DNA of 64,000 nt from the human T2T-CHM13v2.0 reference genome, Homo sapiens: assembly GCF_009914755.1 (NCBI RefSeq), contig NC_060932.1; one strand, given 5' to 3'. Below the pieces are notes generated by a model. It saw only the letters and a list, made by a program, of their open reading frames with translations, was not told the origin of the DNA and did no database searches. The translations under genes were made by a program, and so were the position numbers. Numbering within the stretch: the first letter of the stretch is position 1; each line of letters begins with the position of its first letter. Positions 41,740-57,026 of this stretch are shown in pieces.

Positions 41740-44700
41740 TGGCACTCTGGCACCCTTGGGACATAAATCAGCCACCTGTTTTTCCTGGCGTGGCGACTTC
41801 AGAAATGGCAATTGCCACCCTAAACAAATTATGGTCTTTTATGGCAAAATATATCCATGAAAATAGTTAAGGACTTCATGTCCTCTTGCATCCTATCTTC
41901 AAAGTACTTTATAAGCTTTCCTATGGTATTTATTAACTACATTCTCATCATGGAACCCAGCTTTAATTGAGAGTAAATTCTTGCTACATTCTTAAATACT
42001 AATTAGTTCTCACTCTATTAATTGTCACAAACAGACCATGGCTTCTACCAAACTTATTCCACAATAGTTAGTTCTTATTAATTATAGTAACAAAAGTATT
42101 ATATATGGTAAATTTCTGGGAACAATCAGAAGTATATGCATGCCCAAATCTAAGAGAAACAGTTATTTTTTAGCTTGTTCCCTACAATACTTTGCAAAAT
42201 TCTCACCGTGAAATATTTTTGAATGTAAATAACCTATTTTTTATTTATTTGATTTCTGTGAGTATCATTCTACCTCCGATCTTCATGATTCTTGACTCTG
42301 TAGAAAAAAAAAGATCTTGTCTTTAAGATAACTGTATTTTTACTTAATCAAAACAATAGCAATTTATAATTTATAAGGTATAGCATAGTGTTAAAAGAAT
42401 TTTATCTCCTTGGCTCTTCTTAAATATCGTTTACAAATTCAAATATGCAAGTCCAAATATGGCCATTTATGTTGCCTCCCAAAACCCATGACATCTCTTC
42501 CCTCTCAGGGTTAATGGGTCAAAGATGATTCTGACGTGAATACATTGTGCTTTGTATAGTCTTTGATATTATACTTGTGACTCACTTTTTAAATATGAAA
42601 AGAATAATTTATTTAAGGCAATATGTTCAGAGCAAACAGATAATCTAGTAAAGCTGAGATACAGTGTTTTGTGTTGTTGGAAAAACAGTCTACTGAGTAA
42701 TAAGAACGTATACCCTATTACTCAAAATCAAAACATAGGCAATAACACATTGCTGGCATAGCCAATGACACAAAATTCTATTTGCTACACAGCATCTCTC
42801 ATCAGCGGGCTAGCAGTGGGCTACCATTTTCACTAGGAAGCTGTTTAGACAGCTTTCGGATACTAAAGAGAACTAAATATGAGTCAAAATAATACTTTTA
42901 GAAGTCAATGCATAGCGACCAAAAAAGGTATTCCAAGTAAATATTTCAGTAGAAAAAATAGATTGACAAGTAGGTAACTTAGTAAATTGTTGAAGTAAAA
43001 TTTCTGCTTTAATATGTAGGATTTACCTCAACAATATTTTATATAAGATTATGATTGTGTTATAATTGAAAAGAAATGAGAAGTTTGGCTTTGTTTTTGA
43101 TTCCTGGGATGGTAGGTCAGGATTTTTCTTTGCAATTAGGACAGTTGTATCTCTATAAATTGTAAATTTATTGCATCAAAAAAAAACTGTCTACCCCTAA
43201 AGTTGTGATTATAAATATGCCTTCCTTTCTACCTTATTTCAGCCATAATCATTCCTTGAATTTTCATCCAAGTGAAGTATCTAATTAATTATTTTTTTTT
43301 TACTTTTTAATAAAGAAGTTCCTGGAAGTGACTCACTGTAGTACTACATAGTTAAAGCACATCTTAATTAAAGGATGGAAAAAGAATCACTAAGACCTTA
43401 CTGGGAAATTTTATAAGGATGACAGACATGAAAGAGCTAAAGGTAACAGATGTTTTAACCAAAGTAATATAAAGCCCAGATGTTTGGCACATTCACATAG
43501 TATTAACTGCTTAAGTAAGAGTCATACTTTCCTTTTTTGAATAATCGTTATGTTTCCCCTATTTAAAAATTCTTTTAAAATAAGGAGTGTTGGTAAAAGC
43601 AAGGCAGAAATGGAGAGAAAAAACAATCAACAACATTACAATGAAAAAATTCATTCTCTCCCATGATGTCCTACAACTGTGTCGTGAATTCAAGAGAGCA
43701 AATAGATGTTTATATTTAAGTAATAAATATTTTTAAAAAGCATCACTTAAAATGATATATCATGAATGGAAATAAATATTTTACTTGTTTGGTAGTTATT
43801 TTAGACATATGTTGGGACAAGGCTAGCTCAGTTAATTGTCCTCTAGAATTTATTCATTTTTATGTTTCTAGACAGGAGAAAACAAGTTTTGGAATCACTT
43901 AAAAATATTTCATGTTTCCCAGTAATGGAACAACAAAAGCCATACTTTCATGAGAGAATATATGAATGTACATAAATAAGTAATTCTATAAGGCAAAAGC
44001 TCTGGCTGTCTTATAACATGTTCAACTGATGTAAAAGAAATTGGGTTTTATTAAGAACTTTAAAATATTTAAAATATTTTCCCTTCAATTCTCTAGGAAA
44101 TTTGTATTTATATGATTTTCACAATATCCGTTGTAGAATAAGAGAAAGTACAGCAGTATTTTAGATTTCTCAACCTATTCTTTGTCCAGAAAGTCATTTT
44201 TTAACAAAATAGTTTTCAGAAATTTGTTGAATATATGATCCTTGATTTTTAACTAAATATACTTCCTGTTTTGAAATAAAGCAAAAAGAGAAAGGAAGAT
44301 ATAACCATCAACTATGCAATAAAAAATATGCACTGAAAATACACTTATTTAAATAGACTCAATATAAGGTTCTGAAATAGAATTATATGTTCTTTATGGA
44401 AAGAAAATGAAGTTTTTCCCTTAATAGACTATATATCCCAAGATGATTTTAAAGTATTTTCACTTAGAAATGCTAGCTGCTATTACATATGAATTTTCAA
44501 AGCTTGCCAAACCTTTGGAAGGAATGATGAAAATTACTATTGCACGACCTTCAAGTTTTCTTTGTTTCATAAAGGGCTAAGATAGCATTTTTGTTATTTT
44601 TCTTTCAGCTGTGGTGTTTCATCATAAATATCAAAGCATGCAATTATACCTTCTCAGATCCTACCATATTCTGCCTGTTTTTCTATCCATGGTGATGATG

Positions 44701-45301
44701 TTTTCTCTATTTTTCACACAACATTTTGTTTATTGACACTCTGAAAAGAATTTCATAATTTGTTGAATAAAATAAATATAATGAATATAAATACAATGAC
44801 AGACTGATAAAATATTATTAAGACAATAACAATATTTTTATCAAAGGCAGCATCAGACACTGAGAAATGTCTCTACTAGGCTGTCACATAGACTGTATTC
44901 ATATGAGAATTATTTGACCTACAGGTGGGGTGTTATTATTAATGTTTATTATGAGGAGTCTCCTCGTCTTGACCTCATGCTATCTTTAGTTTTCCTACTT
45001 TAGCTTTACTTCCCATGCTAAATCTGCCTTCTGAATGGATCTTATTATTCTATCTCAATATATGTTCCAAGTATTTTACCCTAGATCTATGGCTCTTGAA
45101 TGTTTACTGTATTCGTCTTAAATAAGAAATATCCTAAATAAGTCAATATGATAAATTAGCAATAGCTTTCTATTGAAGCCCAGAAACTATATATTAGCAT
45201 AGCATACAAAATAAATTAAGGCAACAGACACAATCACAGTTTTATACACAATATTTCCTTTCCCTAAGCCTTGGATAAAATCCTGAAAAGTTGTAAGTCA
45301 A

Positions 45302-45304
<3 letters not shown>

Positions 45305-45360
<56 letters not shown>

Positions 45361-45548
45361 CACACACACACACACATATATATACACATATATATACATG
45401 TATATACACATATATACATATATACACATATATACATATATACACATATATACATATATACACATATATACATATATACATATATACACATATATATACA
45501 TATATACACATATATACATATATATACACATATATATACATATATATA
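45305..45548. repeat. (TA)n-(CA)n-(TATACA/TACACATA)n compound microsatellite
   Basis: Directly visible; source of the YI/HI ORFs. Confidence 0.97.
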
Positions 45549-45669
45549 AATCTATTTCAACATTTACTCCCATTATTATTTCAGAGATTACATTTGTAGG
45601 AAGATAATTTGTCCCTCAGTATAATAGAAATTATACTTATGCATCTGATTATTCACCTGAAGAAGGAAA

Positions 45670-46277
<608 letters not shown>

Positions 46278-46884
46278 TAACATATAATTATGCAAAATTG
46301 CTTCATTTTATAAGGAAGCGTGACCCTCCCTTCTTACCTCTGTATGAAAAGCTGGCTTTAGAAAGCTAAATTAAGACCAGAATGAAGTCTCCGGCTTTGA
46401 TCTATGGTAGGGAGATTCTGCAAACAAGTTTGAGGGAGAACGAAGTGCAGAGAGATCAAGCAAGACATACCACGGAAATGGCATAGCAAAAGACTGAGCA
46501 AAAAATGAGAAAGCGTGCTGAGTTTGGTAAAAACTGGACAACATTCAAACACACAAAGCAAGGGAAGCATCACATGTTGGAGTTGGAGAATAGCTAGGAG
46601 AAAAATGTTAGCATGAGATTTTCTTACATTGGTTACCAACAATCTGTTATTGCTGAGTTAGAGCACTTAAAAATGATACTGTATATTGCATATGGTGGCC
46701 AGAGACATAATTTGTGTAGGAAGAAAACTAGTTTTGGAATCTGGGCCTGCATTCAAGTGCACCCTCCCCTTTACCACCTGGATCTGGTTCAACAAGGTAG
46801 TAACCTCTCTGATCTTGTTTCTGATATCTAGGGTTGTGGTGAGGAAAGAGTGAGCCATTGCCAAGAAAAGGCACTACAAGCACG

Positions 46885-48170
46885 ACAGGTACAGAAATGT
46901 TTATCACAGCACTTTATAAGAGTGAATAACTTGAAACGAAAAACATGTACACCATCAGGGGAATATTAAAATAGACAATCTGACATCCTCACTATTAAAC
47001 ATGTTATAGCCATCTAAAGCAGCTAGTTATATCTACACTTCTCAAAAACAAATGTTTATGTTGGGGAAAAAAAAAACACACCAAGATGTATGAGAGTTTC
47101 TATACAAATCAGGATCCTTGGAGAAGTATAGTTCAAGTGAGATAGAAAAAAATAAAATGTATCTGCTGGCCAAGGAAGAAAGTAGGAAAACACAGCTCTC
47201 AGCCTGATCACTGATAAGGGAAAAAAGAAAAAGAAAAAAAAAAAAGGAACCTTGTTTCCTTGCTTCTCTCTGCCTCCAAACCCTTCCCACAATCCTTCCT
47301 GAGCATTTCATTTTTATTTCTTAAAATAAAAGCTTTCTTAGGACACATAGCAAAATAGTAATAGTATTTAAGCCTGAGGATTAAAAAATGGAGAAAAGGT
47401 GGCAGTCAAGGAAAAATTTCACCATTTTTCCTAAATACATCTGTAAATTGTTTTAGCAAAGAATAAAACACTGTATTACTGTTAGTAAGTCATTTACATG
47501 TAAATTGACATTATCTATATTTCAACCTTTGAAAAAGCTGGCATTTCATTTAAATATCAGATTTTAAAAGCTGCTAAATATTTCTAACTAAATCAAATAC
47601 AATTAAATATCATAAATTACCAATTATATAGACAAAGATTAATAGGATTCGTAATGCTCAGCGCTGAGAAGTATAAACCTATTTAGAGGTCAACCTGCCA
47701 ATATGTATCAAATTTTAAAAAGGGCATACCATTTTATTCAGCAATTTCACTTATAGAACTTTATACCATAAAAATAAATCATAGAGTGCACTGTACATAT
47801 GATGATTTACTGCAGCATTTTTTCTAATTTAAAGAAAATTTATATTTTCTCCAGGCAAGGACTATGTATAAATTATGCATATTCCATATGACTGAATACT
47901 TTGTAGTAATTAAAAACAATATGGTAGTTCTCTATTCATTAATATAGAAATATGTCCCTAATAACTTTTGTGTGAAAAAGTCTGGTTGCAAAGTGAAATT
48001 TGAGGCATAATAACGTTTGTCATTATGTTTGTGCTGTGGATCCATAAATTCATATGAAGGACCAAACTGTTAATTGTGATATTCCCTGCTGTGTAAGATC
48101 ACAGGGAAGATTCACTTTCTTCTTTTATAGTTTATTACAATTAGGAGAAAATTTTTAATGAAGATATATT
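46885..48170 (+). mobile_element. L1ME 3' fragments
   Basis: tacagaaatgtttatcacagcact; cagcaatttcacttatagaactttat; atttactgcagcatt. Confidence 0.6.
47106..47286 (+). repeat. Copy 1 of a ~190-bp dispersed direct duplication
   Basis: Aligns to 49571-49760. Confidence 0.9.
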
Positions 48171-48847
48171 ATTTTATAACTCTGAAACAATAAAAATAAG
48201 CCCATTTTGGGAAAAAGAAAAATGAAATAATATGTTTCCTTCTTGAAAAAAATATAGAACAATAGGAAAAATAATCCTCTGAGGCAAATGTCTATTGTCT
48301 GTGCAAAGAGTAGGTGGCAGTGTGACAGGCAATGTGAGGTAGAAGAACAAAGACCAAGAACCCAGGGAAAACCTAGGGCAGGGGAAAGCCAGTTTCAAAA
48401 TATTCAAATAAGGCCAGGGTTTGGTGATTCAAGGCTTAAGCACAAAGATACATGAGTATAAAGATAATTCAAAAACCTGGGCCTCAGTCATCAAGAGAAA
48501 TGGCAGGTGGGTCTTAATGCCATCAAAGTACAAACTAGGTTCCAGATAAGTCAGATTTTTCTCCCTTTTGGGTTAGGGAGGCTATGGGATGAAAATCCAA
48601 CACTCAATAAAGGTAATAATGGCATCTGGTAGTGAGGAACAGAGAAATGACAATCTCTTCTGCAGCTGGGACAAGAATTTACTTGTTATTCTGGGACAGG
48701 AAACCTGGGGTCTGAGGAAATGAGCTCTAATAATGAAGAAAAGAAGACTAAGAACAAATTTATGTACAAGAAAATTAAGTTTCTAATTGTATTTTTGTAT
48801 CCATTAGCCATAATAAATTAAAATCTTAAATATTTTTTAAAAGTTAA

Positions 48848-49161
<314 letters not shown>

Positions 49162-49254
49162 TAAGAGCAAAATGGGACTAGTGTTAGTTTGTTCTGTAAG
49201 AAATATTTTTTAAGCTTATTTTTTAATACTTTCAATTAAACAAGTATACCTGGT

Positions 49255-50520
49255 TGACTTCCACTTCTGGAAAACTGTCAGATTAGAAATATTAAAAATT
49301 CTCACACCTAAGAATGCTTAGAAATTATGCCTAAAACGCAGGGAAAAAAAAGCATTTTTAAATGCGTTTCTGAAAGTACAAGAAATAAAGCGCAATTCTT
49401 GGGTCTTTAAAATACATAAAGAAAAAATAATAAATTGTTGAGTGAGCACTAAAGCTACTTCTGGGCTATGAGTGTTTGGCATACTCCGGATTAATAGTCT
49501 CAGTTTTCCAGGAAAGCATGAAGAATGTGGCTCACGCATGGTAGAGAGTTAGAACTATTACTTCATTCATAAATCAGAATCCTTGGAGGACTATAGTTTA
49601 AGAGTGAACTAGAAAAAAAAAAAAAAAGAAAAGAAAGAAAGAAAAAAAAGAGTCTATCTGCTGGCCAAGGAAGAAAATAGGAAAACACAGCTCTCAGCCT
49701 GATAACTTGTAAGGAAAAAAAAAAAAAATGCCTTGCTTCTCTCTGCCTCATCCTCCCTTCAAAAGCCAGGTTATTTTTTTACACAGGCTTATGATTTCAA
49801 TGGCTCTATCTGAATGGACTGGGAAACCTGAAACAGAAAAGCTAGTGTATTTTTGGCTTTCTTTAACCTAGAATGAGGCAAATTCTCTCTGAAAAAACAT
49901 CCCTTCAACTTGGACCTCACAGAATGTCCACAGATTTAGATTAAGCAAATATGAGCTCAGAAACATAATTAGAAAACAAGGAAACAAATTCACTATGATC
50001 AAGAGTTGGCAAAAGAAAAAAGAGCAAAATTAGACTTCTAAGAACTACATATATGGATTTTTAAAATATTTATAATAATGTAAGTAAAATAAAATCACAG
50101 TTGTGCTATGGAAGCTTATAAAAACAAAAATACAGAATATGAAAAAGACTAAGTCGAACTTCTGATAGTTAAAAAAACAAAAGCACAGTGGACAGGTCAA
50201 GCTCTCTATCAGACATACCTAGAAAAAGAATGGTGAACTGGAAGATAACTTTAAAAAATTGCCCCAAGCAATAGACACATCAAAGACAAAAAATGTGAAA
50301 GAAAGATTAGGAGAGATGGAGAGCAAAATAGCAATGACAAAGAAGTAACTGGAGTCCCTGAAGGAGAGAATGAGAAAACAGGGAGAATATGAGAAAGGCA
50401 ATATACAAATGACAAATATTTCCAAATTTAATGAAAGATAGAAAGCCTCAAATTTATGAAGCACCAGAAAATCAAATCTGAATCAGAATAAATAAAATCA
50501 AGTCCAGATAAAAAGACCAA
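49255..50520 (+). mobile_element. Ancient L1M/HAL1-like 5' region and ORF1 remnant
   Basis: gaatggtgaactggaagata..gtgaaagaaagattaggagagatggag..ctggagtccctgaaggagagaatgaga. Confidence 0.6.
49571..49760 (+). repeat. Copy 2 of the ~190-bp dispersed direct duplication
   Basis: Shares tatctgctggccaaggaagaaa.taggaaaacacagctctcagcctgat and ccttgcttctctctgcctc with 47106-47286. Confidence 0.9.
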
Positions 50521-51074
50521 AGAAGTAATTCAAGCTCATTGTTTTAAAAGATAATGTAAGATAATATAATTTTTAAAATTATAATTACCCTGATCAGTAT
50601 CCCAGTGCTTTTATGAGTTCCCCTTTGTTCTTTCTCTAAAAAAACTTCTCAGAAAATAAATCTGATAAAAGAATGAGAGAGAGAGAGAGATTACCACTTT
50701 TAATAGTGTGAAATTTATCCTTCAGGATACTTTTATGCAAAGAGAGCAAGAGACGTAGAGATGTAGAGCAAGTACTTAATTATTATTACATACAGACAAA
50801 AGTACATTAAAAGCAGAATTTTTCCTGCTTGCTATATTTACTTTGTTCCCATAATTTGAAATTTCTGCATTCTATTTTTAGTAGAAAACATATTTGAATC
50901 TATATTTTATCAATATCAATATTAAGTTGTATCTATAAACTCCAGTATGTACCACAAAGACCACCCTGTTGCCCCCTCAACATATTAATTTTCAAGCCTT
51001 AAGATAAGATGGATCCCAGAACTGATAACTGGGATAACACTATATGTTGGCATCAACTAACCCTATTTTCAAGA

Positions 51075-51300
51075 ATAACAACAGTCTCTAACATTAATTG
51101 AAATACGCCAGGCATCATGATAAGTGGTTTACGTGGACTGATGCATTTAATACTTACAAAAACTCTATAAAGTAGATGCTAGTTTTTACCCCATATCATG
51201 GATGATATGGGCAAATATTTGTCCAAGACACACAACTGTGAAGTAAAGGATTCATATCCAGAATGTCTTATACTAAAAGATGTACAATCAACCATTCCAT
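51075..51300 (-). mobile_element. MIR
   Basis: gccaggcatcatgataagtggttt..catttaatacttacaaaaactctataaagtagatgcta..ttgtccaagacacacaact. Confidence 0.7.
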
Positions 51301-52849
51301 CTATGAGGTATAAAGACCTATAATTTTCTTTGTTTAATCTACAGAGGTTTTTTTTTTCTATTTTTAACTCATCATATTTTATTCTACAATTCATATATAC
51401 ACATGTAATTTTATCATAAAATGTTCACATGTATTCTGATGAGAGAAAATTCTATCCTCAAACGTGTCTTAATTTAGATTTTCAATCAATTATATCTATA
51501 AATGAAATATGATGATTATTTATCTTTATCAGTTAAGCAACAACAGCAACTATAAGTGCTAACAATCATGTCATATGCATAAGACAATCTATTGAGGGGA
51601 AGAGCTATCTATATACATTTCATTAGGAAGTTCGGAATATATTCTTAACCTTAAAGAATATGGCAAAGCAATTTCCACTTGAATTCTGTGATTCAGAGTT
51701 CACATTATACGTTTATTCTCACAACACGTGAAAGAAAATTCAATCAGGTAGAGTACTAAGATGCATATCTCTAAAAATAGTGCACTATCATTAAAAAAAC
51801 AGGTATACAAATGATACATTCTGATTCTTCTAAATAAGTCAAAAGTATGCACAAATGAAAGTTAAATTTTATGTGACTGTTCTATTTATGACATTCTTAA
51901 TTGTTATCAAAATTATTCTGACAAACAACTACAATGTGTTCATTGATATGAACTTGCCTATCACAAAAATGTTAACACCCTGGCTGTATCTTAAGTTAAA
52001 TTACAGAAAACGTATATATTTCTCCAAAATATTTTGTGTAATCCCATAAAGTAAAAACAAAAGCATGGAGAAGACAATGTAACTAACACCTCTTTAAAAG
52101 TACAGTTCCTAGATCAGCAGCACTTTATTTTATGGAACAGAAAAAAAAATAAACAATGATTGGTTAGTCTAGAAAAGTTCTATTCTACTAAAGAAGATAA
52201 CATTAGATAACTCATTTTAAATGCTTCATTGTATATAGATAACATAAGATACTTAAATAAAACATCTAAGTATATTTAATACACTGCACTTTAAAAAATA
52301 TGGAATAGAAACTTCCATTAGAAAATGATCACTAAATTGGAATGAAAAATAGTAATTATAAACATATGAATAATTAAATACTCTTCATCAGAAACTATAC
52401 ATTTAAAATAATTCTTTAAAAGGAACCACTGTAAAAAACTTAAATATACACAGACATTTTAAGTGACAGTTAGTTATTTTTAATATTGAACATGTTTCAA
52501 AATTCTAGAAACTGACTTATCTATATAGAAACATGAGTTTTTATATTTTTGTATTAACACTGATACAGTAAATTATTTGACAATTATAATAACAGGCTTT
52601 ATGGTTTACAAAATCATACAAAATATTTTGCCACTATCAATATGAATATTATTTAAACATTCTTGTAATTCAGTAAAGAGTTAAAATGTTAAATTTGAGG
52701 TAATGAAATACAGCATTTAAATCTTTTGGCTTTCTTGTATAATATACTCTCCCTGATTTCTAATCTAAAATCAAATGTTTAGTTCCATTTTTCATTCTTT
52801 TCTTATTGAAAAATGAAAGCATTTGACTCAGATAATTTCTGTGATTTTA

Positions 52850-54545
52850 GCTTAACTATATATCATATGTTTTCATATGCTTGAATTTTAGTTTTGATGA
52901 CTACTGGATTTAAATTTTTTGGAGGACTGTTTTAAATGCCCAAGATAATGCTGTGGCTTTGTTTCCATAGGTGTTTACTTATGCTTTTATTCCTTATTTC
53001 ATGACTGGTTTCTAATTTCTAATTTTTAGAAGGTATTAGGGTCAGTTATAATACAATATAAATCCTTGAAAAGAAAATATATTATCTACTCTTTAGAGAC
53101 TACAGTACTTATGTACTATATATTGTTAATTATATAATTCTAATTTTGTTGTCACTTACTCAATTTGTGATGTGCAAAGAAAGTTTAAACAATCTGATGT
53201 GTATTTCTTATTGTATTTCCTGAAGTTATTGTGTCTTTTATTTTTATGCTGTTTTATTTGGAACTATGCTTTTTGTGAATTACATGACTTGGATTTCATT
53301 TAATGCTTTAGATTCTGAGGTCAATTTTGTCTGCTATCAATACTGATGGCCCTCACTTTTTGGTTGGTTATATTTGCCTCATATATTTATGCTCATATTT
53401 TTACATTCAAAGTTCTTAGGCATAAGTCTTGTATTTTGTTTTTTTATCCAAACTGAGTTTTTGATTAATTTAATACTTGATTTTATCCCATTTTATGATC
53501 TTACCATACAAGTGTGACTATAAATGTCAGACTATTAGAATTATATTTTATGGTTTCTTGTTATTTGAAATATTTTATATACAGACATTTGCTGATTTAA
53601 ATTTCCCCCCAATTTTTTCATGCTTCCTCCCTCATTCTTTTATTTGAAATGGATTTTTAAATTAGTTGCTTATAGTTGAGAGAATTTTATATTTATAGCA
53701 TTTCTTCTATGAATTATATGTTACATGGCCTTTCATTTTATAATAAGAGTTACCAATCACCTTGATTCTATTGCCTATGTAATAATTTCAGTTCCCTCCC
53801 CTCCCTTCCAGTCTATGCCATGATAGAGTTTCATTTCAGAGTTCCTTATTGGGCACCAAATCTTGGTCAGATAGAGTACTTTATTGAGAAGGATTTTTCA
53901 AAAAGAACTCATGGGTGCTATATTATCTGAATTTTTTATATTTTTAGATGGCTGTTCTTGTTATAGATGGATAAAATGTGGCTAAATATAAGATTCTTGG
54001 GTTACGTTTCAGAAAACTGTAGATCAGCACTGTCCGGTAAAACTTTCTGATCTATACCTGCAGTATCCAGTAGAGTAGCCACTAGTTTTGTGTTGTTTTG
54101 TTTGATTGTTTGTTTGCTTAATGAATTTTGAAGCTCAATGATTGGGTATATATGTAATTATTAATAGTATTATGACAATGTTTTGATGATTTGGCCCTTT
54201 TATTATTATAATAATTTCTCTTTTTCACTTAGAACACTCTTGGTGTTGTCTACTTTTATTACAACATGGCCAAACCATATTTCTTGTGTTTACTCTTCGC
54301 ACGCTACATATTTTTTTCCACCTCTTTATTTTAAACCTATTCATATCTTTATATTTCAAGTGTGCTTCTTGTAACTGGCACCTAAGGGGCCATGGGGAGA
54401 AACAGAAAGGTAGGATTACAAGGGATAACAAGGAAACTTTTGGGGGATGATGGTGTGCTGTGGTAGTGTTTCTACAGATGAAATTTATCAAATCTTATAC
54501 TTTAAGTACACTTTGTTTATTGTGTATCAATTAAATCTCAATTAA
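52850..54545. mobile_element. Old L1M fragments (mostly minus; plus-strand L1ME 3' end at 54380-54545) with a MER3-like piece at ~54020-54086
   Basis: Minus EN remnant (LQEAHLKYKDMNRFKIKRWKKI); tagatcagcactgtccggtaaaactttctga. Confidence 0.55.
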
Positions 54546-54649
54546 GAGAATCCACCTCTTTTACTTACTTGCTTCAGTTTCTTCTCAATTTAAGACAGGC
54601 AAAATTATAGTTTCTCCATAAGTCGGCAGCTATGGTCAAAAGAAGCAAT

Positions 54650-55274
54650 GCATAGCACTATTCACAATAGCCACGATATGGAAACAACCTAAGTGTCTGT
54701 TGATGAATGAATAGATAAAGAAGATGTGATTTATATATACACAGTGGAATACTAATCAACTTTAAAAAGAAGATAGTTATACCGCTTGTGAAAATATGGA
54801 TGAACCTGGAAGACATTATGCTAAGTGAAATAAGCCAGGCACAGAAAGATAAATACTGCATGATCTCATTTATATGCGGATTCTAAAAAAGCCAAATTCA
54901 TAGAAACAGAGAGTAAAGGAGTAATTACCAGAGGGGAGGGGTTGAATGAAATGGGAAGGTGTTGGTTAAAGGATACAAATGTTCAGTTATAAGATGAATA
55001 CGTTCTGGAAAACTAATGTACAACATGGTGACTATATTTAATGATATTGTATTGTATACTTGAAATTTGCTAAGAGAGTAGATCATAAGTATTCTCAGCA
55101 CACACACAGGAAAAGACACACACAAACAGTAACTATGTGAGGTAATGAATATCTTAATTAGCTTGATTATGGTATTCATTTTACAAAGTATACTTACATT
55201 AAAACATCGCATTTACACCTTAAATACATACAAATTTTATTTGTCAGTTATATCTCAATAAATTTGGAGAAAAA
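54650..55274 (+). mobile_element. L1MA8/9-like 3' end
   Basis: gcactattcacaatagcc..tgaaatttgctaagagagtagatc..ttatatctcaataaa. Confidence 0.88.
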
Positions 55275-57026
55275 TTGGACAGTGCATGAGAAGCATCTAG
55301 AACTTGGTGAGTGCTCACTGAATATTTGCCTTTATATTTTGCATATTTTAGAGTTTCTATTACATTGATTTATCATGTATATGTCATTATTCAAAATTTT
55401 ACAAAGCCTATTACATTTTCATAAATTGCAAATACATCACTTAAACCTCCTTCTTTATTATTATTGATTTCCAAAATGTATTTTCTATTCTTGCTAGGGG
55501 TTTTGGTCCCCCCACCCACAGTCATTAACAGGATAGATATCTTTGCTATTTTCATTGAAATTACATTAAATTTTAAATTATTTCAAAGGAGAAATGTTAT
55601 ATTATGAGTTTATTTTAGGTAATTAGCATTGTAACTTTATCAGAAAAAACTTTAATTATATTACAGAACTATTACTTCTCAATATGATGCCAAATGAGTG
55701 GTTTAACTTAATTTTTAAATTTAAATCTGTTACTTAAAATTACTATACTAGTTTGGATTTGATACACTGATTAAATATGTGTAACAGAATCACCTGTTTT
55801 GAATTGGAAATTGCTTCTGTAATTGTTCTCCATCTTATAGATCCTGCCATTCTAGTCTGCTTTGGAAACATTCTGTCGGTAGATGACAAGCCTTGCTGCA
55901 TTTAGTTATTAGAAAATCATTTTTTCCCAGATTCCCACTGAAGTCAAACAAAAGACTAAGCATAAATTATGAGAGATCTCCCTTCAAAAACTTATATTCT
56001 TCTCTTCTTTATATCATAGTCCATAGCTAGGAGTTAACACATCAAAAAGTGTTCTTAATGAAGGCCTGCTAGTATAGCATCTCACTATAAAATTACAATA
56101 AAATTGAGATTTTAAAATGTGCTCCTGGAACAAAATGATCAGTATATGTGAACTCAGCTTATTATGGCACCTGCTGTGGCTCTGACTGAAGTCAAGAGGC
56201 TGATAGATGAGCTTTGTCTCTTCGGGTCTTAGGGGCCTTGAAGTCACTTAGATGGATGACTGCTTATGGAGAACAACATAACATTTTTGTACAGGACAAG
56301 AAATCTAGCTTGGCGCGAATAGACTGCAATACTTGCCTAAACTCAATATTCAGATCATGACTATTTAATTTATCTGTCAATGACTTGTTCCTGATTTGCA
56401 TTACACCTATTTGGCATCTCTATTCAGACAGTATAGTCTAGCAGTTTTGTATTCAATATAATGGACGACAAGTGTTCTGAGCATTTAAGAAACAATTTTT
56501 TTTCTAATCCGATTTTTATTTCATTGAGACATTTATGTTTTAATTGATGCAGCTAGAATTCAGATATAGTGACATGTGAACTAAAACCCATAGATATTCC
56601 CATAACTTGGCAGTCCCATGGTGGTTTAAATTAACCTATGGGATTCAAGTGTTAAACCAGCACATCAAACAAAAGAGAATAATAAAGAAAGGTACTTGTA
56701 AAGAGGTCTAATACTAATACAGAATACATTCTTAAATTTTATGTAATAGATAGGCTCCCATTCATAACTAAACAGAGTATAAGACCATACTCTTAGAAGC
56801 TTTTTGAAATAATATGCTCCTTCTAAGTTATGAGAGGACTATGCTAAATCATACATTTATTATATTAAATAATATTTGGCAAGGACCCTTGATATGTTTT
56901 ATTTTAATAATCTATGTTTAAGATAAAATATTATTAACTTGCTTCCTACTGATGCCATACAGGCCTAAAGCTTTGGTGAAACAATCAACAGACAAAATGA
57001 TGTTTAGGATAGTAAGTTGTGATAAA

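Noticed and set aside
42694-42724. 9-bp inverted repeat tgagtaata/tattactca
   Set aside because: Expected by chance in AT-rich DNA
45242-45607. YI/HI-rich ORFs (also 1504-1704 and 58333-58671)
   Set aside because: Translation of microsatellites
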